A stretch of DNA of 64,000 nucleotides from Perna viridis (Eukaryota). How positions within the stretch are numbered: the first letter of the stretch is position 1; each line of letters starts with the position of its first letter. The DNA lies in contig CM074512.1 in assembly GCA_037379345.1 (NCBI GenBank), positions 50,985,597 through 51,049,596 of the forward strand, read 5' to 3'. Below are positions 34,811-48,200 of the stretch, piece after piece. The notes beneath the pieces were generated by a model. The model searched no databases and was not told the DNA's origin. It saw only the letters and a list, made by a program, of their open reading frames with translations. Made by a program: the position numbers and the translations under genes.

Positions 34811-35037
34811 CAAGCTCCGGACAGCGTCTGGCGTTCGAAATTTACCCTAGACGCTGCAATCAGCCTTCTAAGAAAATGCAAGAATCTTGCAAAGTCGGGA
34901 AAAAGTGAATGATTTTACGTGACGTTTATTCGACTGTCAAATGACGTATGATTTTAATAACGTCCGAGAATTTCGAAAGGCCTGCCCGCAGCGCATAGTA
35001 AGAGCGGAAACGAATGTCTGCTGCTGCGTGGAGCTTG
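34811..35037. mobile_element. 227-bp MITE with CAAGCTCC termini and 9-bp TSD (partial inverted copy at 33397-33500)
   Basis: gttatatat|CAAGCTCC...GGAGCTTG|cttatatat (one TSD mismatch). Confidence 0.75.
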
Positions 35038-36386
35038 CTTATATATACACTATACATATGTGATTAAACATTGGTTTATGATGAGGCTACTCCTTAAAAC
35101 GCGTGTTCAGCATATCGAAATTTGCAATATAAATGCATGGTATTTTTGTATTTATGCTAGCCAACTTTGCACTCTGTATAACAAACATCTCTTAAAATTT
35201 CTGTGATATAATATTTTTCCGATGCAGTCGGTGTTGACTTCGCTTTGACATCACGTAAAATCCGTGATGCTTAACCATGGCAACCTAACCGATGTAGCTC
35301 ACAACCTCGCATTTCATTGGACAAATGTGATAACAACTGTGAAATTTAAGGCTCCATTGGGGGCGTTGGTGTTCGCAATATTTTCCTTCATGTTAACCTT
35401 TTATATATTGAATAATTGGTAATAGTTTACTTGTTGAACTAACGAAACAAAAAACAAATAGTAGATGAACTGGCGCAATAAAGGAAAACCAGAACAATGA
35501 AATAGGCTGAAATGTTCATGATTTGGTACAGGCATTTCAAAGTGAAATGGTGGGTTATAGCTAGTCAAACACCCGCTCTTCACAGTGGTCATTACAGTTC
35601 CAGTGTAAGTTAGTGTTGTTAACACAAGTCAAAATGGGTAAAGTTTCTGTGAATATGAACCAGTTCTCTAGGCATCAAGTACAGCTACTGTATATAATTG
35701 TTTATATTTTTTTTATTCTGAGTCATCTTCAAGCATCGTACCCTTAAAGCAGGTTTACCGTCTCATTTTTACTTACAATTTTTTGACAGAACCCATATGG
35801 CCAATATTTCTACACCAAAACCTGCCAGATCATATGAATCATTCATAAATACACAAAAAAGGATCATTTTTTTTGCGTCATTTTCACAAGCAAATGTTGC
35901 AAAAACTTTCTGGGTTCAGTAATCTATAGTATAATCAGATAAAAAATAATTATTTTCTATGTCAGAGTACGTAAAAACATTCACTGAATAACAGGATCGG
36001 AAATGGCATGAGCCCTTTCCACATAGAAGTACAATAATAAAGCTCCGTTCACGTACTTCGGTAGAAATTATCGGTGCTGGATTAGGCCTTCTATATATAT
36101 ATTAATGCTTCTTGTATATGCATTTCCCATTTATGTGGTTCTAATACTGCTGATAAGAGGCTTCTCCTTGAAACACATATACAACATTACGATATATTCA
36201 ATATATATATATATATATGATTGGTATTTTTGTGTATAGTCAGTCTGCAATCTTTACAGAAAAAAGCAATATTTGTTTTGGTTTAATTAATATAAAACAT
36301 ATAAATATGCAAATACATAATAAAATAGTATATACAGTAAGAAATAAAATCCCTTTCTTTGAAGTTTAACAAGTCAACTGTGTGTA

Positions 36387-36545
36387 CAGTGAAACCTTCC
36401 TAAACCGAACCCCTTTTGGACTTTAAATTTGTTTTGGTTTAGACAGGTGTTTGGTTTACAAAGGTTGAAAATACATAAAAAATTGACACAGATGGACTCT
36501 AAAAAGTGTCTTATTTCCTAGGTTCGGTTGACACAGGTTCCACTG
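36387..36545. mobile_element. TA-flanked Tc1/pogo-like MITE
   Basis: TA|CAGTGAAACCTTCCTAAACCGAAC...GTTCGGTTGACACAGGTTCCACTG|TA. Confidence 0.75.
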
Positions 36546-37428
36546 TACTATCAAACACAAAAAAAATGTTGTTAATCGGTTTAATGTTGATTAATGTTGA
36601 TTAATATTTTGTTCTCCCACGTGACTTTTCAATAAAAATATCTGTGCTCCAGGATGACAATAGAAATTTTCTCTATTATGTGCAGTGTTTTATTTTATCA
36701 TGTAATATTTTTCTTCCACTATAGATATATGACAGTTTATGGTACTGAAATAGTTTGGCTCGAGCTTTTCTCGCTCACAGCTGAAAATGAAAATGACATA
36801 TGACATTAGCTAATTGCATTTTGTGATTATAAAAATTAATGTAAAAAAAATCCTTATTCTTATTTTAAATTGACATTCCATCCATGATATTTTGGTCACA
36901 TATTACTTAACTTTAGATAGCTGATAAATTATGCAAATGAAGTGCGCTAAGTTTGAATTTTTTTTTCTAAAAAGGTTTCGTGTAAGAGGCGGCGGGTTAG
37001 GGCCAGAAGCACTTAGCGCGTGCCGCTCAATTGACAGTACATTGTATTTCAACTTGGAAGTTTAGTGGCGAGCTTTGTCGTTACTAACCGAATTCTAAGG
37101 TTGCATATCCCTATAAAAAATCCTAGAACTACTCCTGCGTGTTCTGTAGTTTTGCAATAAATTTAATGCATACTGACAAGTCTACCAAACACCGATAAGC
37201 TTTGCATTTACATATACATACATAATGTAGACTAGTTTTTAAAAAAAATCTTCTCACAATATTTGTTGTGCTTGTCTTTATTTATATTGCACAATTTAGT
37301 CTAGATTGACTTACTTGACATACTGCTGGAAATGTATTCTGGTTCTCTTGAGAAACTGGTCACTGATGGTACATACACTAGAAAGAAGGTTGCTCGTCAC
37401 AATATTTAAATAATTTACACTTATAATA

Positions 37429-37590
37429 CAATGAAACCTGTCCAAACCGAACCCAGAATAGAACGAAAATTTGTCTACACCAGGCACTTTTTGAATTCCT
37501 TTAATATTTGGACCTGGGTAAACCGAACACCTGCCTAAGCCGAACAAACTCCGCCGTCCTGAAGGGGTTCAGTTTAGACAGGTTTAATTG
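37429..37590. mobile_element. TA-flanked Tc1/pogo-like MITE (relatives near 41997-42190, 52700-52861, 58401-58460)
   Basis: TA|CAATGAAACCTGTCCAAACCGAAC...GTTCAGTTTAGACAGGTTTAATTG|TA. Confidence 0.75.
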
Positions 37591-37870
37591 TAAGTCTACA
37601 ATTAAACTATTTACCAGATGATACATTATTGGAATGTCTTGCAATGTCTTTTATTGTACAACAGTCCTGGATTATGCTTATTTTGTGTCAGTTTTTAATT
37701 TTATTTTGTGTTGTATTTCTTGTTTTCCTGTTTTGTTTTTTGATTTATTTTTCTCTTTTTTCAGTATTTGATCATCAAATGAACTTAAATATTAGTATTG
37801 GAGTGAATTTTTTAACGTAAAAATTACAAAAAAAGACCGTACTTACTCAGATGTTAATTCTTAGAATATA

Positions 37871-39130
37871 TGTTAGACTCGGAAGTGTGATGGGGACGCC
37901 GAAGTACGATGGTCGCGCTGATCTGCGATGGTCAACGCAGAAGTACGTTGGATGTCTAACACAAATGCGCGGAAGTGCGTTGGTATACCCCATTCAACGT
38001 CGCCACGAAATTTTACGTGCATTAGCGCGTACAATGTTATAGAGAAAACTAACAAAATGAAAGGAAAGTCATAAAAGTAGCTAGTACATTGTTGCCTGTA
38101 TAAAAAATGTAGCATGCATTATTATGAATTTTGAGTGTTAACATTACATGTATCTAATGCTGTATCAAAGCTTAAAAGATACGTTACGATACTCGAGGTA
38201 ATTCGAGAAACATAAACTGTAGTCACGGGTTACAAAAGATAGCGGATACCGAAAGTCGTATTTCATGCATCTTGAAAACTATAATAGATATACGTGTAAT
38301 TAAAAGATTTAACGGGACAATTTTGTTATCGTTGTATCAAAAATCTGGAAAAAATGTTGCTTTTTCATAAATTTGATATCATGGATTTTTATCTTTAGAA
38401 AAAGTAAGACATGCTTTCACAACGAATCATGGAGTGTATTCTCTAGTTGAAAGGCGAAATAGAAACTGCAATGTACGAGTTCAAATAGAGTATTAGAATG
38501 CCGAAGACACAACCTAAATTCCGGTGGACCAGACTAGCACGTTTCTCTTCATATTACGTACACTCCGTTAAACCATCAAATCTAGACCTCAGTAGCATCA
38601 AGCATTCTTTGATAACAGTGTATATAGGACGACACACACGCAGAGAAAAAAGCGCCGTCTTACACTACATTACATTTATATTTGCAAATTCTACAGGTAC
38701 TATCGATCAGATGTGTTTTATGTAGTAAACGTAGTTCATACGCTAAAACAGAAGTCTTAGAGCTATCCACAAACGTTCTAGAGCTAAGCTAATCAAAAAA
38801 TATGTTCATGTTAAAGAGTACTCGTCCTTAGAAAAGAGACTACCAGTCTGATTGCATATACTAATATCATATCTGTCGAATTTTAAGATAATCGTATATT
38901 TACGGTTTCAACGGAAGAAATCTACATGCTAGTCAAAACATTTCAGCGAAGCACAAAAAAAAACGCACCTCCTCGTTGTGGCCAACGCACTTCCGCGTTG
39001 CTATTGCCAGTCAACAATCATGTCTAACCATCGCAGTTCAGCGTGATCATAAACGCATTTCGGCGTACAACCATCGCACTACCGTGCGACCATCGTACCT
39101 CCGCGTCCCATCGCGATTCCGAGTCTTACA
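37871..39130. mobile_element. 1.26-kb non-autonomous DNA transposon with long imperfect TIRs (Ginger-like)
   Basis: tata|TGTTAGACTCGGAA..GATGGGGACGC..GTACGATGGTCGC ... GCGACCATCGTAC..GCGTCCCATC..TTCCGAGTCTTACA|tata; TGT/ACA ends and 4-bp TSD; no transposase ORF. Confidence 0.65.
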
Positions 39131-39788
39131 TATATACTTTATTATAACTAATAGTATAATACTAAAAAAAGGTATATTAACAGTTCTTTTTAACTGTACA
39201 ATTTAAAATCACCATAACATGATTATGAAACTCTATTTAACTTTTAATTCGCATAATCGTGTTGTTAAGGATTATAGTCTGAAAAATTTGACCCCTCTTT
39301 AAGACAGAAATAAACAACAAAACATACTAATAATTCAACCTTTTATCTTTAGTAAATAATGTTGCTTTCGTGTTTCGTATCTTCCAAAAGCTGAAAACTC
39401 ATTTTAATGTATGCATTGAACCGATGTACCCATTCTGCAAAATGGAAGTTGATAAATCCAATATTCTATTTGTATGATTTTGGTTTGTGCGTGTGTGAGA
39501 GTGTGTTTTGTTTTAACCTTTTTATGGCACTGGAACCGTCAAAAAAAAGTTGAGGCCTATAGGATAGCAATTATAGCTATCAAAAATGTAAAAAGGTTCA
39601 TAAAAGTTTACTTTATCTTGTTAACGCTACATACCAAAACATATGGCTATTGCAAGTCACAGAATTGATATTATCGGAAAAATGAACGCATAAAATTTAA
39701 GATAATGTAATTGCAGTATAGCATCCAAGTAGTGTAAATTACTTTGTACTGTGTTTGTTTTGAAGCAGAGTTTGAACACTTTTAATCA

Positions 39789-39883
39789 CAAATTCCGGAG
39801 CATTTGTCTCTTCTATGCCGGCACTACTTTTGCCATTCCAGAAGAACGTCAACGGTACGGAACTGGAGCTGTTTTGGGGTTTG
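39789..39883. mobile_element. Second copy of the 103-bp MITE (95 bp)
   Basis: ttttaatca|CAAATTCC...GGGGTTTG|ttttaatca; reverse-complement match to 24816-24918. Confidence 0.9.
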
Positions 39884-39981
39884 TTTTAATCAGTGAACAG
39901 CCTTCTCGTTCGATATAGATTCAAAGTAAACAAAACATACAAGGAAATACACATAATATATAAATAAAACCAAATAGTATA

Positions 39982-40980
39982 CTAACCACTATCGGTAATG
40001 GCGGCTAACAAGCTTGGTAACCAGTGGTTCTCGTCAGACCTAGCATCAATAGTCTCACAATCATTCAGTGATGCTGGTACGAAGGTATCTTCTATAATCA
40101 CAGGGATAATATCCTTGTTGGCGAGTTTGTTCTCATAATACTTCTTCCATTCAAAATTGACGAACTGTTCCGAAACAATAAGGACTACTTTCGCTGAACG
40201 TCTTATGGCATTGTCAATGCCATCTCTCTTTGATTGTCCATTTTTATAGGTTCTTGATGGATAACTACATACAATCCCAACCTTTGGTGATTCTAACATT
40301 TTCACTACGTCCACTACAAGTTGTTTATCTTTTGGGCCGTGAGCGAAGAAAGCATAGAACTTTTTCTTTGGGGGTAATGGAGGACAGGTGCCCCTGAGTA
40401 ACTCGAGGAAATGCTCCCACCATTGTACTTGTTTACACGTGGCATTTACATACACACAGTCTTTCAGAGAAGGGGGAATGGCACAAGGCTCAATAAGAAC
40501 AGGGATAAAGACTAATTCATTAGCATTCCCACCGGAAAGTACTTCCATCTCAAGTTTTGACCATTCTCCTTCAATGTATGCATTTGACAAAACCGTTACT
40601 ATGCGCATGGATTTATCAATGAAGTGTTGTATATTCGAAGAGTAAGACTTACTCTGGATCCTATCCTTTTCGTAGACACAGCACCTGAAACCACGGTTTT
40701 CAAGTTCGCGTATGACTGCTTTGACCCAGTTTCTATCATGATTTGCGTGTTGATAGCTGAAAAATGCGTGATACTCCTTATCCTCCGGTAGTAATGGTGC
40801 CTCATTTGTACTCACCTCCTGGTCTTTTTGCAGAGACATGGTATGCGAGCGTTCCAAATTTGATGTTGATTTGTCATTAGTTGCCTCTCTGGAAATAACA
40901 ATAGGGTTATTATTATTCGGCAATGCATCGAGAGGAGAACACAGTTTCTTGCGATTTTGAATATTAGACATTAATTCCAT
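39982..40980 (-). CDS. Intronless cytosolic protein with two tandem TIR domains, 332 aa
   Basis: TIR1: YHAFFSY...DRNWV...LENRGFRCC...IDKSMRIVTVLSNAYIEGEWSKLE...FIPVLIEPCAIPPSL; TIR2: FYAFFAH...AIRRSAKVVLIVSEQFVNFEW...IIPVIIEDTFVPASL. No signal peptide, TM, LRR or death domain visible. Confidence 0.88.
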   Translation of the reverse strand: MELMSNIQNRKKLCSPLDALPNNNNPIVISREATNDKSTSNLERSHTMSLQKDQEVSTNEAPLLPEDKEYHAFFSYQHANHDRNWVKAVIRELENRGFRCCVYEKDRIQSKSYSSNIQHFIDKSMRIVTVLSNAYIEGEWSKLEMEVLSGGNANELVFIPVLIEPCAIPPSLKDCVYVNATCKQVQWWEHFLELLRGTCPPLPPKKKFYAFFAHGPKDKQLVVDVVKMLESPKVGIVCSYPSRTYKNGQSKRDGIDNAIRRSAKVVLIVSEQFVNFEWKKYYENKLANKDIIPVIIEDTFVPASLNDCETIDARSDENHWLPSLLAAITDSG

Positions 40981-42799
40981 CTTGATATTCGGGCACCTTA
41001 TGTAATAATCCAGATAATAACAGACAGAAATATTTTCACGGTCTCATTGCCAAGTGATCATAACAAGATATCCAATATTTAAAAAACCCTGTTTTTCTTT
41101 CGAAAATGTGATAACTGCTTCCTCGGATGTAAAACAAGTAGAACTCAAAATCGTATCACATTTTGATACGCATCGTTATATATTTTCCACATACAATATT
41201 TATAAGATAAGTATGGTAAGAAAGATTGAACTATATGATAGAAATATAAACTGTTGAACTGTAATGACGTCTTGTGGATTTAAATCTGTTTTCTTTGGAA
41301 CCATTAGTCTGTGACACAACCATTATTCTATCTGCGCTGAATTAACCTTTTATAATCAGGCAGATTTAAAACAAAATCTTTAGATTAACGATTTGTATGA
41401 CACACATAGGATTAAGAATCAATGGGTTACGTCTCATATGAATTCTTCAAATATTCGTTGTATTTTTCGAATCTTTGGTAAAAATGGGGGGGGGTATTTT
41501 TCGAATATTTAAGGGAAGTTTGGTATTGTCTGAAAACTAAGTTAGGCTTTAATACGAAAAAGTCTTGACAGTTTAATATTCTTGATGACTTTAAGCCCGA
41601 CAAACTCTTTCATAATAAAAAAAAAACAGATCAAGGTTGCTGAACAACTCTTTGAATTCGGTAAAGATACCGCATTAAGTAAATATACAATACTGTGGTT
41701 CTCCTTTGTGTATATAGAATAGGAAATTGAAAACCCTTTCCATTTAATACCATTTTCATATTATAAGTGTATATTTACACTTCATACCTTTAATTTTATT
41801 GTACGATTGTAAATGCATATGATTATCTATAATATTTGAAAATCTATTATTCGAAACTTTACAGTAGCGAGAGAAACATTCTTTATTAATTGTCATAGTT
41901 AACTATTTCATGGGTAAAGAGTTAAAGCCTTTCAAAGCAATAATATGCACGAGCTGTTCGATTAATTTATTTGCACTGTCATTCAGAGCAATATGCTGTG
42001 AAACCTGTCTAAACCGAATCTGGAATATCCGAAAACCTGTCTAAACCGAATCCTGGAATCCGAAAAAAGTCTCTTTACATCAATGTGAATGTTTTTTTCA
42101 CCTTGGTAAACAAATTGTAAACCGAACCTAAGTAAAAACGGATCATATCTTGAGGTCCAAATAGTTTGTTTAATATTTTATATGTATACTGTGAACATCA
42201 TTCACTGCCGACGTTTTTTTTTCATCTTTCGCCTACCCTGGACTTGAATTTTTATGAGCAACGTTTACCCTATCGGCTCACGTGGTCCATTCTCCAAGTT
42301 TTCAGTGAAGTCCGAGTAGTTCAATTACTTTTGTTACTTTGTATGTATTACTTGGTTATTTTATGTTCTATGTTGTTTATGTCTGTTTTCCATGTCTAGT
42401 CTTTGTCTCTAGGTTACATTCTTTTGATTTCTGATAGAATCTTGTTCCCTTGATTACTCTTTCAACAAAATCGTTATTAAGTTTGTGGCTAACAATGGAG
42501 ACTATATGAACAAGAATGTTAGAGTAATCAAGGGAACCAAGATTCTAGCAGAAGAAGTTGTAAGAGCAGTCGAATGTTGTATGTTTTCGAGCAGACTCGG
42601 TTATCCTTATTATATTTATTTTTCAACGAAAAGGAAGAAAGTGTGTTGATTTTCAAAAGTGCTTAGCGTCGTAAGGAACACATTAATGTTTGCTTTTGTC
42701 ATTTTTTTCTTTCTATACGTTTTTATCTACTTTAAGAGCTTCATCTTGTACTTTATGCCTTAATAAGATCACAGAAAAAAGGTAAAATTATCTAATTAA

Positions 42800-43205
42800 G
42801 TACCAGTCCACATAAAATTCGGACATCGCCAATGGTAAAGTGGTTCATGATGAAGAAAACCCACCAAACAATCGATGCTCTTTCAGTCTATATATACTAT
42901 ACTTTCATATAACGACATTCTTTTCTGCATTCAGATCTGCATTTTTTTAGAAAATGATACATAATGATTCACCTCCCGCTAAAATGAACCAAATGAAACC
43001 AAATCAGGAACGTTAACTCTTGCAAAGTGCCAATTTCAAGTACAATCTACAATCTAATTTTTATCGCGAAAGCGCAACAACCAAATGAAAAACTAAGATT
43101 GGTTTTCTGATCAGTAACTGTTTCTGAACAAGAAATAAAACTGATTTCGGTGGGTTTTTGACATGCACTAATCGCCTTCTGCGGGATTTTTAGAAAGACT
43201 GGTAC
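42800..43205. mobile_element. ~406-bp TTAA-flanked non-autonomous DNA element (decayed relatives at ~18700-18890 and ~30570-30870)
   Basis: TTAA|GTACCAGTC...GACTGGTAC|TTAA; shared internal motif cagtaactgtttc..agaaataaaa. Confidence 0.65.
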
Positions 43206-43788
43206 TTAATATAGTTGATCCCTGTTCTTTTGTTTCTAATAGTACGTGTACACTTGATTTAAATGTTTTACAGACAAAATTCGAGTATTTGGTTATAATT
43301 CGTTCAAATCTTTCGTGTCGACAATATTATCAATTAATTACATTTGCATACTTGATGAAATGTATTGTTTAAGATATAACCGGCGTTAATACAACATGTA
43401 TGACAATGAAATTAAATCACGAACATACAGCAAAGAGTTTAAAGTTCGAAAGCCAACTGATTGTTTATTGATATCACTGTAAGCATTTCTGTTCTTTTGG
43501 CTTCATTTCAATACAATGCCATTTCAAACATCATAATCAAAAGCGAGCATCGGAACTTATTAGAGCGACTTATACATGTTCAATCATACGAATGTTAAGT
43601 ATAAAGGGAGAGTAAAGCGATTTAAAATCCTCGTTTAAGGTCTATCATATATATTTGGCGCAAACATGTGATGTATACCAGTGGTTATTTCTATAGTTAA
43701 AAACGCTATTTAATATTTCGTCACAGTTTACATGCAGAGATAATATACCGGCGCAAATTGACAGGACGTTTCAGCGGGAAATTTGAAA

Positions 43789-45239
43789 GAGTAATCAAGG
43801 GAACCAAGATTCTAGCGGAAATCAACAGAATGTAATCCAGGAACTAAGATCAGACATGGAAAACAGACAAACACAACATAGAACATAAAGCAACTAAAGC
43901 AATACATACAAAGCCACAAAAGTAAATGAGCAACTCGGACTAAAATTTGGGAGCATGGACCAGCTGCACCGGTAGGATAAGTGTCCTCTGCTTTTCTAGA
44001 AACACCCACTGAGTTGCTCATAAAAAGTCAAGTCCGGGGGAGGCGAAAGAGAAAAGGAAAACTATGACACGTTGAACAAATCTGTTTTCATGATGCAGAT
44101 GAATACATCGTGACGATCTACGAGTACATGATGACGACCATAAAACTTTTGTTTGATGACATCAGTCTTGTAGCAACATAATCCTGTTCCAGAAGCCTAA
44201 TTGCAAGACGTGTGGCACGATAGAAAAAGTCTGCGTAGTTCCTGCATAACGTATGAGTTGTGATATGAAAACTCCATACGCACGTGCTAAAGGGATGTTG
44301 CCACAGATGAAAGGGAAGTTGACAATGCTTAATAAAATGTCATCACGTTTGTCGTAAAATTTGATCGATAGTTTTCCTTTACCATCGATCTCTAAGTGTA
44401 GGTCAAGATATGAGGCTGACTTCACAGTGTCTGTAGTACCCTTTATCTCATGTTCTTTGGGGTAGATGCGATGTATCAAATCCCCGAAACTAGGATTGTT
44501 TAACGATAATACGTCATCTACATAGCGGGAACTGAGATTAAAGGATCTAGCTAAACGATGTTCTTTCTTCCGGAGCAGATCAGCTATAGAGTCAGCCTCA
44601 GAAGAGTGAAGGATTAGGTCAGCAAGTAGAGGAGCACAATTTGTTCCCATTGAAATGCCGACCGTTTGTTGAAAAACGTGTCCACCACACTGGACAAATA
44701 TTGTCGATAAAAAATTCCAGCATTTTGAAATCATCTTCTTCTGTATATTTGGAAGATGATTTGGAATTATTTCTTACAAAGTATATGGAATCTCTACCAA
44801 GAACTATAATACTCTAGGTGTACCATCTCTTTTTTTTTTTTTTGAGAAACGACGATGTATAATGTTTTTGAGTCGGGAGTATGGGGATTAGAAGTATACA
44901 GTGTTGAAAAATCATAGGAAAAATCCTATTATATTCTGATAATAATAATCTTGAATTGAGGGTCTTCAAAAGATCTTTCAAATTTTTCGGGATCCACATT
45001 GAATTAATACCACTACGGTAGTAACAAGTGTTGTGGTAAGACTGAAGACCCTCTTTGACAGCTGTGAGTATATAAGTTAAAAGTTTTGAAAAAGGTTTCA
45101 TGGTACATTTTGCAGATCCAGCTATGTAACGTTGTTTGTATTGATTCTTGTGGAGTTTAGGAATCCAGTACATTGACGGTAAATCACAATAATCATCTTT
45201 GGTTGTGAGACCAAAAGAGGATAGACATTTATTGGCCAT
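43789..45239 (-). mobile_element. Decayed, 5'-truncated Penelope-like retroelement reverse transcriptase with 3' UTR
   Basis: Motifs LPSMYWIPKLHK..RYIAGS, GISMGTNCAPLLADL, RYVDDVL, SYLDL, FYDKRDD; several frameshifts; the RT frame ends ...FYGRHH...DLFNVS* at 44062 with no downstream GIY-YIG domain. Confidence 0.88.
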
Positions 45240-48200
45240 AAAAGGACATTTGAGCTGTATCTGAAATATCGAACGTGGACATTTCAGTTCAGAGTGAAGT
45301 AGGAAATTGTTTTCGTCCGTTTAACTTACAATCAGTATGGGAAATATGTCATTGACTTTGAACAGAATATTGTTATTTTTTTCTAGCATGCAATCAAAAA
45401 CAAATAAAATATACCAAAGAATCTAGTAGTTTAATTAAAATGAAATCAGAACTAAACCACAACATATTTACACTAAAATTTTCATTTCCGTATTCCTTTT
45501 TGCTCTTGGAAATTTTAAAGTTAGTCTTTATCCTGGTGAACAATGGTATTCTCAATTATGAAAAATTTAAAGTGACGTTGGAAATTTCGCTAAAATGCCA
45601 TATGATAATATTTTACAAGTAACCATTTGTTCTTTTGCTTGAATAAGAAATCTTCTTAAAATGCCCTGCTCCAATGTACACGTAACAACTAATAAGTGAC
45701 GAATTACTAAACTTTTCGCTGTAAAATAATAAAATTCCTCGGCATGATTTTTCTTTTACTTTCATGTTCAACCCAATAAACGTGTATACAAACAATTCAT
45801 GGATTTGTTTTGAAATAAAATATTTGAAACAGAATATCATTAAAATATTCTAATGTTGCCATTTATGGCGTTTATAGAGATAATTCTATTTGAAATGGAC
45901 AAAATTTAATTTACACTGAAATACAGAAAAAAAAGAAACAAATGCATAGAAAACGAAACGTTTGTGGTGAAACGTAACAAATGCACCAGCGTATTGCCTG
46001 AATACAAAAAGAAAATACTTTCAGACATCACAAAGTCTTCAACAAATATAAACACACCTTTGAGTAAGCTCTGAAATGCCCGACAACAAAAATCTACAGT
46101 AAAAGAACGATGACACTTTGCATGGCTCAGCAACAAATCACCAATTTAGACAAGAAAATTTATCTAGTGATAGTTATACAAAGCATAACTTAACTTTAAA
46201 TGAAGAATTTAGTTATTTCAGAGTTTTCTCCTAAATTATATCAAACATACACCTACCTTTTTGGGCTGTTCTTTCAATACTGATATTAAAAAATGCAAAT
46301 AAATTGTTAAAGTAGCAAGATATGTATTGTTTTTGACTATCCACCTGATGTACTCTCTTTTGGCTAATATATCAATTAGCAGATAATGTGATTTAAAACA
46401 ATTAACAATTAGTTAGTATTGTAAGATAGTGAGAACTAATAGAAATTATATACACTAGAGGGTATCAAGTTTTATCTGGAGGGTATTAAGTTGTATCATA
46501 CACTTTATAATCCTTAGTGCCGCTTTATACCCCTTGCTATATTTAGCTACACCTTACAAGGATATTCTATATTCAGGACAACAATTATTCAAATTAATGC
46601 ATTCTATTGTTTTCTATGGTACATATATTCAGTTATTATGGAGTAAAGGTCAAAATATCGAACAGGCCCGTAGTTACTGTATACACGTGTGGACTTGTTA
46701 GGAAAAGATATACAGCACTGACCAAAGTTTACGACAACTATTTCATTTCTACCTCCTAAGTACTTGAAAATTTATTTATCTGATCTCTGAAAGTATGTAC
46801 TATTCAGATTTGAATTATTCAGTGGTGCATTTGTTGCGTTTCACTCTATCCATTCTTTTTTATATTAAGGTGTGCGTCGATCGCGAAATAAAAAAAAACT
46901 TTTTCTTCAATTTTCAATTTCAGCTCATGTACTAATTCGGAGAAGCTTTAAAAAAATTTAAAACGTATTGCATTTATTGGATTATAAACGTGCCGCCCTG
47001 AAATTGGAAAGTCTGATCATCACTCCTTGATATGAGAAAGGTGCAACAAAGCTTCTCAGGCATTTTGATTATAGAATACTTTATATTTGTCAGATATTTT
47101 ACTTTTGTATTCATCTGTTAACATCCATCTATTTCTTTTCTTATTTAGCAAATAATAATATGTCAATCATTTCATAATTTGGAATGTCCTAAAAGTATCA
47201 CATTCTTACTTTCTTTCAGGTTCGCTTTATCTATGTATAGTAACTCAGAGTTAAATAAGTTAAGATATTTTCGGATATTGATACCAATGTTGTGTCAACC
47301 ATTCATTGATTTAATTAAATTTGAATAATAAAAGTTCGAAAGTAAATTGACATGTCGTTACATGGCATGCGCATGAATGTAGACCAAACATGTGCTGATT
47401 GAAAACTATTACATGTATACATAAAATCATGCATATACATGTACAATGATATGAGCTCTTTTTTTCTTCTGCAAAAACGTCATAAAACGAGAAAAAAAAA
47501 AGAAAATTGAATAAGAATGCTTGCATGGCGCGGCTTGAAACTACATCAGATATCCAACCAAGGACGGTAACACCACAATAAAACTGAATTTGGATTATTA
47601 TTAAATGTAAAATGCAGCGAAAAGTTCTGAATAGAACGTAAGTGATAGAAAAACACTTATAATCAGACATAAGAAATAAGCAATTTATACAAGACTAAGA
47701 ACATGATTATTTTTTTACCTTAATTCCTAAATAATTATGAGCATAAATCCTTTAATCAAATAATTTATGGAATCTTTTAGTACAGAGATCCATACACTTT
47801 TATTCAATTTATTGCCCCAAAATCAGAAAATGGCTTGTTTTTCCCTTTATTCTTCACAAATAAGGGCCATTCTCTAAGTAACGGATCAAGAGGTTGGCCT
47901 CACGGACTACCCGAAAACTCAATCCCTGTATTAAACCTTGTGAGAGTATGTAAAATGTACAGTTCATTTATATCTTGTGCTTGTTTTTCTTTTATTTTTG
48001 TCCATAAATCTTGAACAGTTAGGGTCATAACTTTCCAAAACATTTTGTTCGAAAATAAAAAAATACCTGTTCTATCAAATTCTTCTTTGTTGAAAAGCTT
48101 CATGATAAAAACAGGACAGGAAAATTCTTAAAGCATAAAAATTAGATCGAAACCATATTCTTTAGATATTGTCCAATTTCTAGAACTAAACTTAGTTGAC

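Noticed and set aside
33397-35037. Inverted repeats flanking ankyrin exon 1, suggesting a composite transposon that captured the exon
   Set aside because: 34811-35037 is a complete MITE with its own TIRs and TSD; 33397 is a separate partial copy.
35078-35107. Resemblance to a minimal hammerhead ribozyme (atgatga-gg-ctact-cc-ttaaaac-gcgt)
   Set aside because: Both core boxes deviate (no CUGAUGA, no GAAAC); at best an inactive relic.
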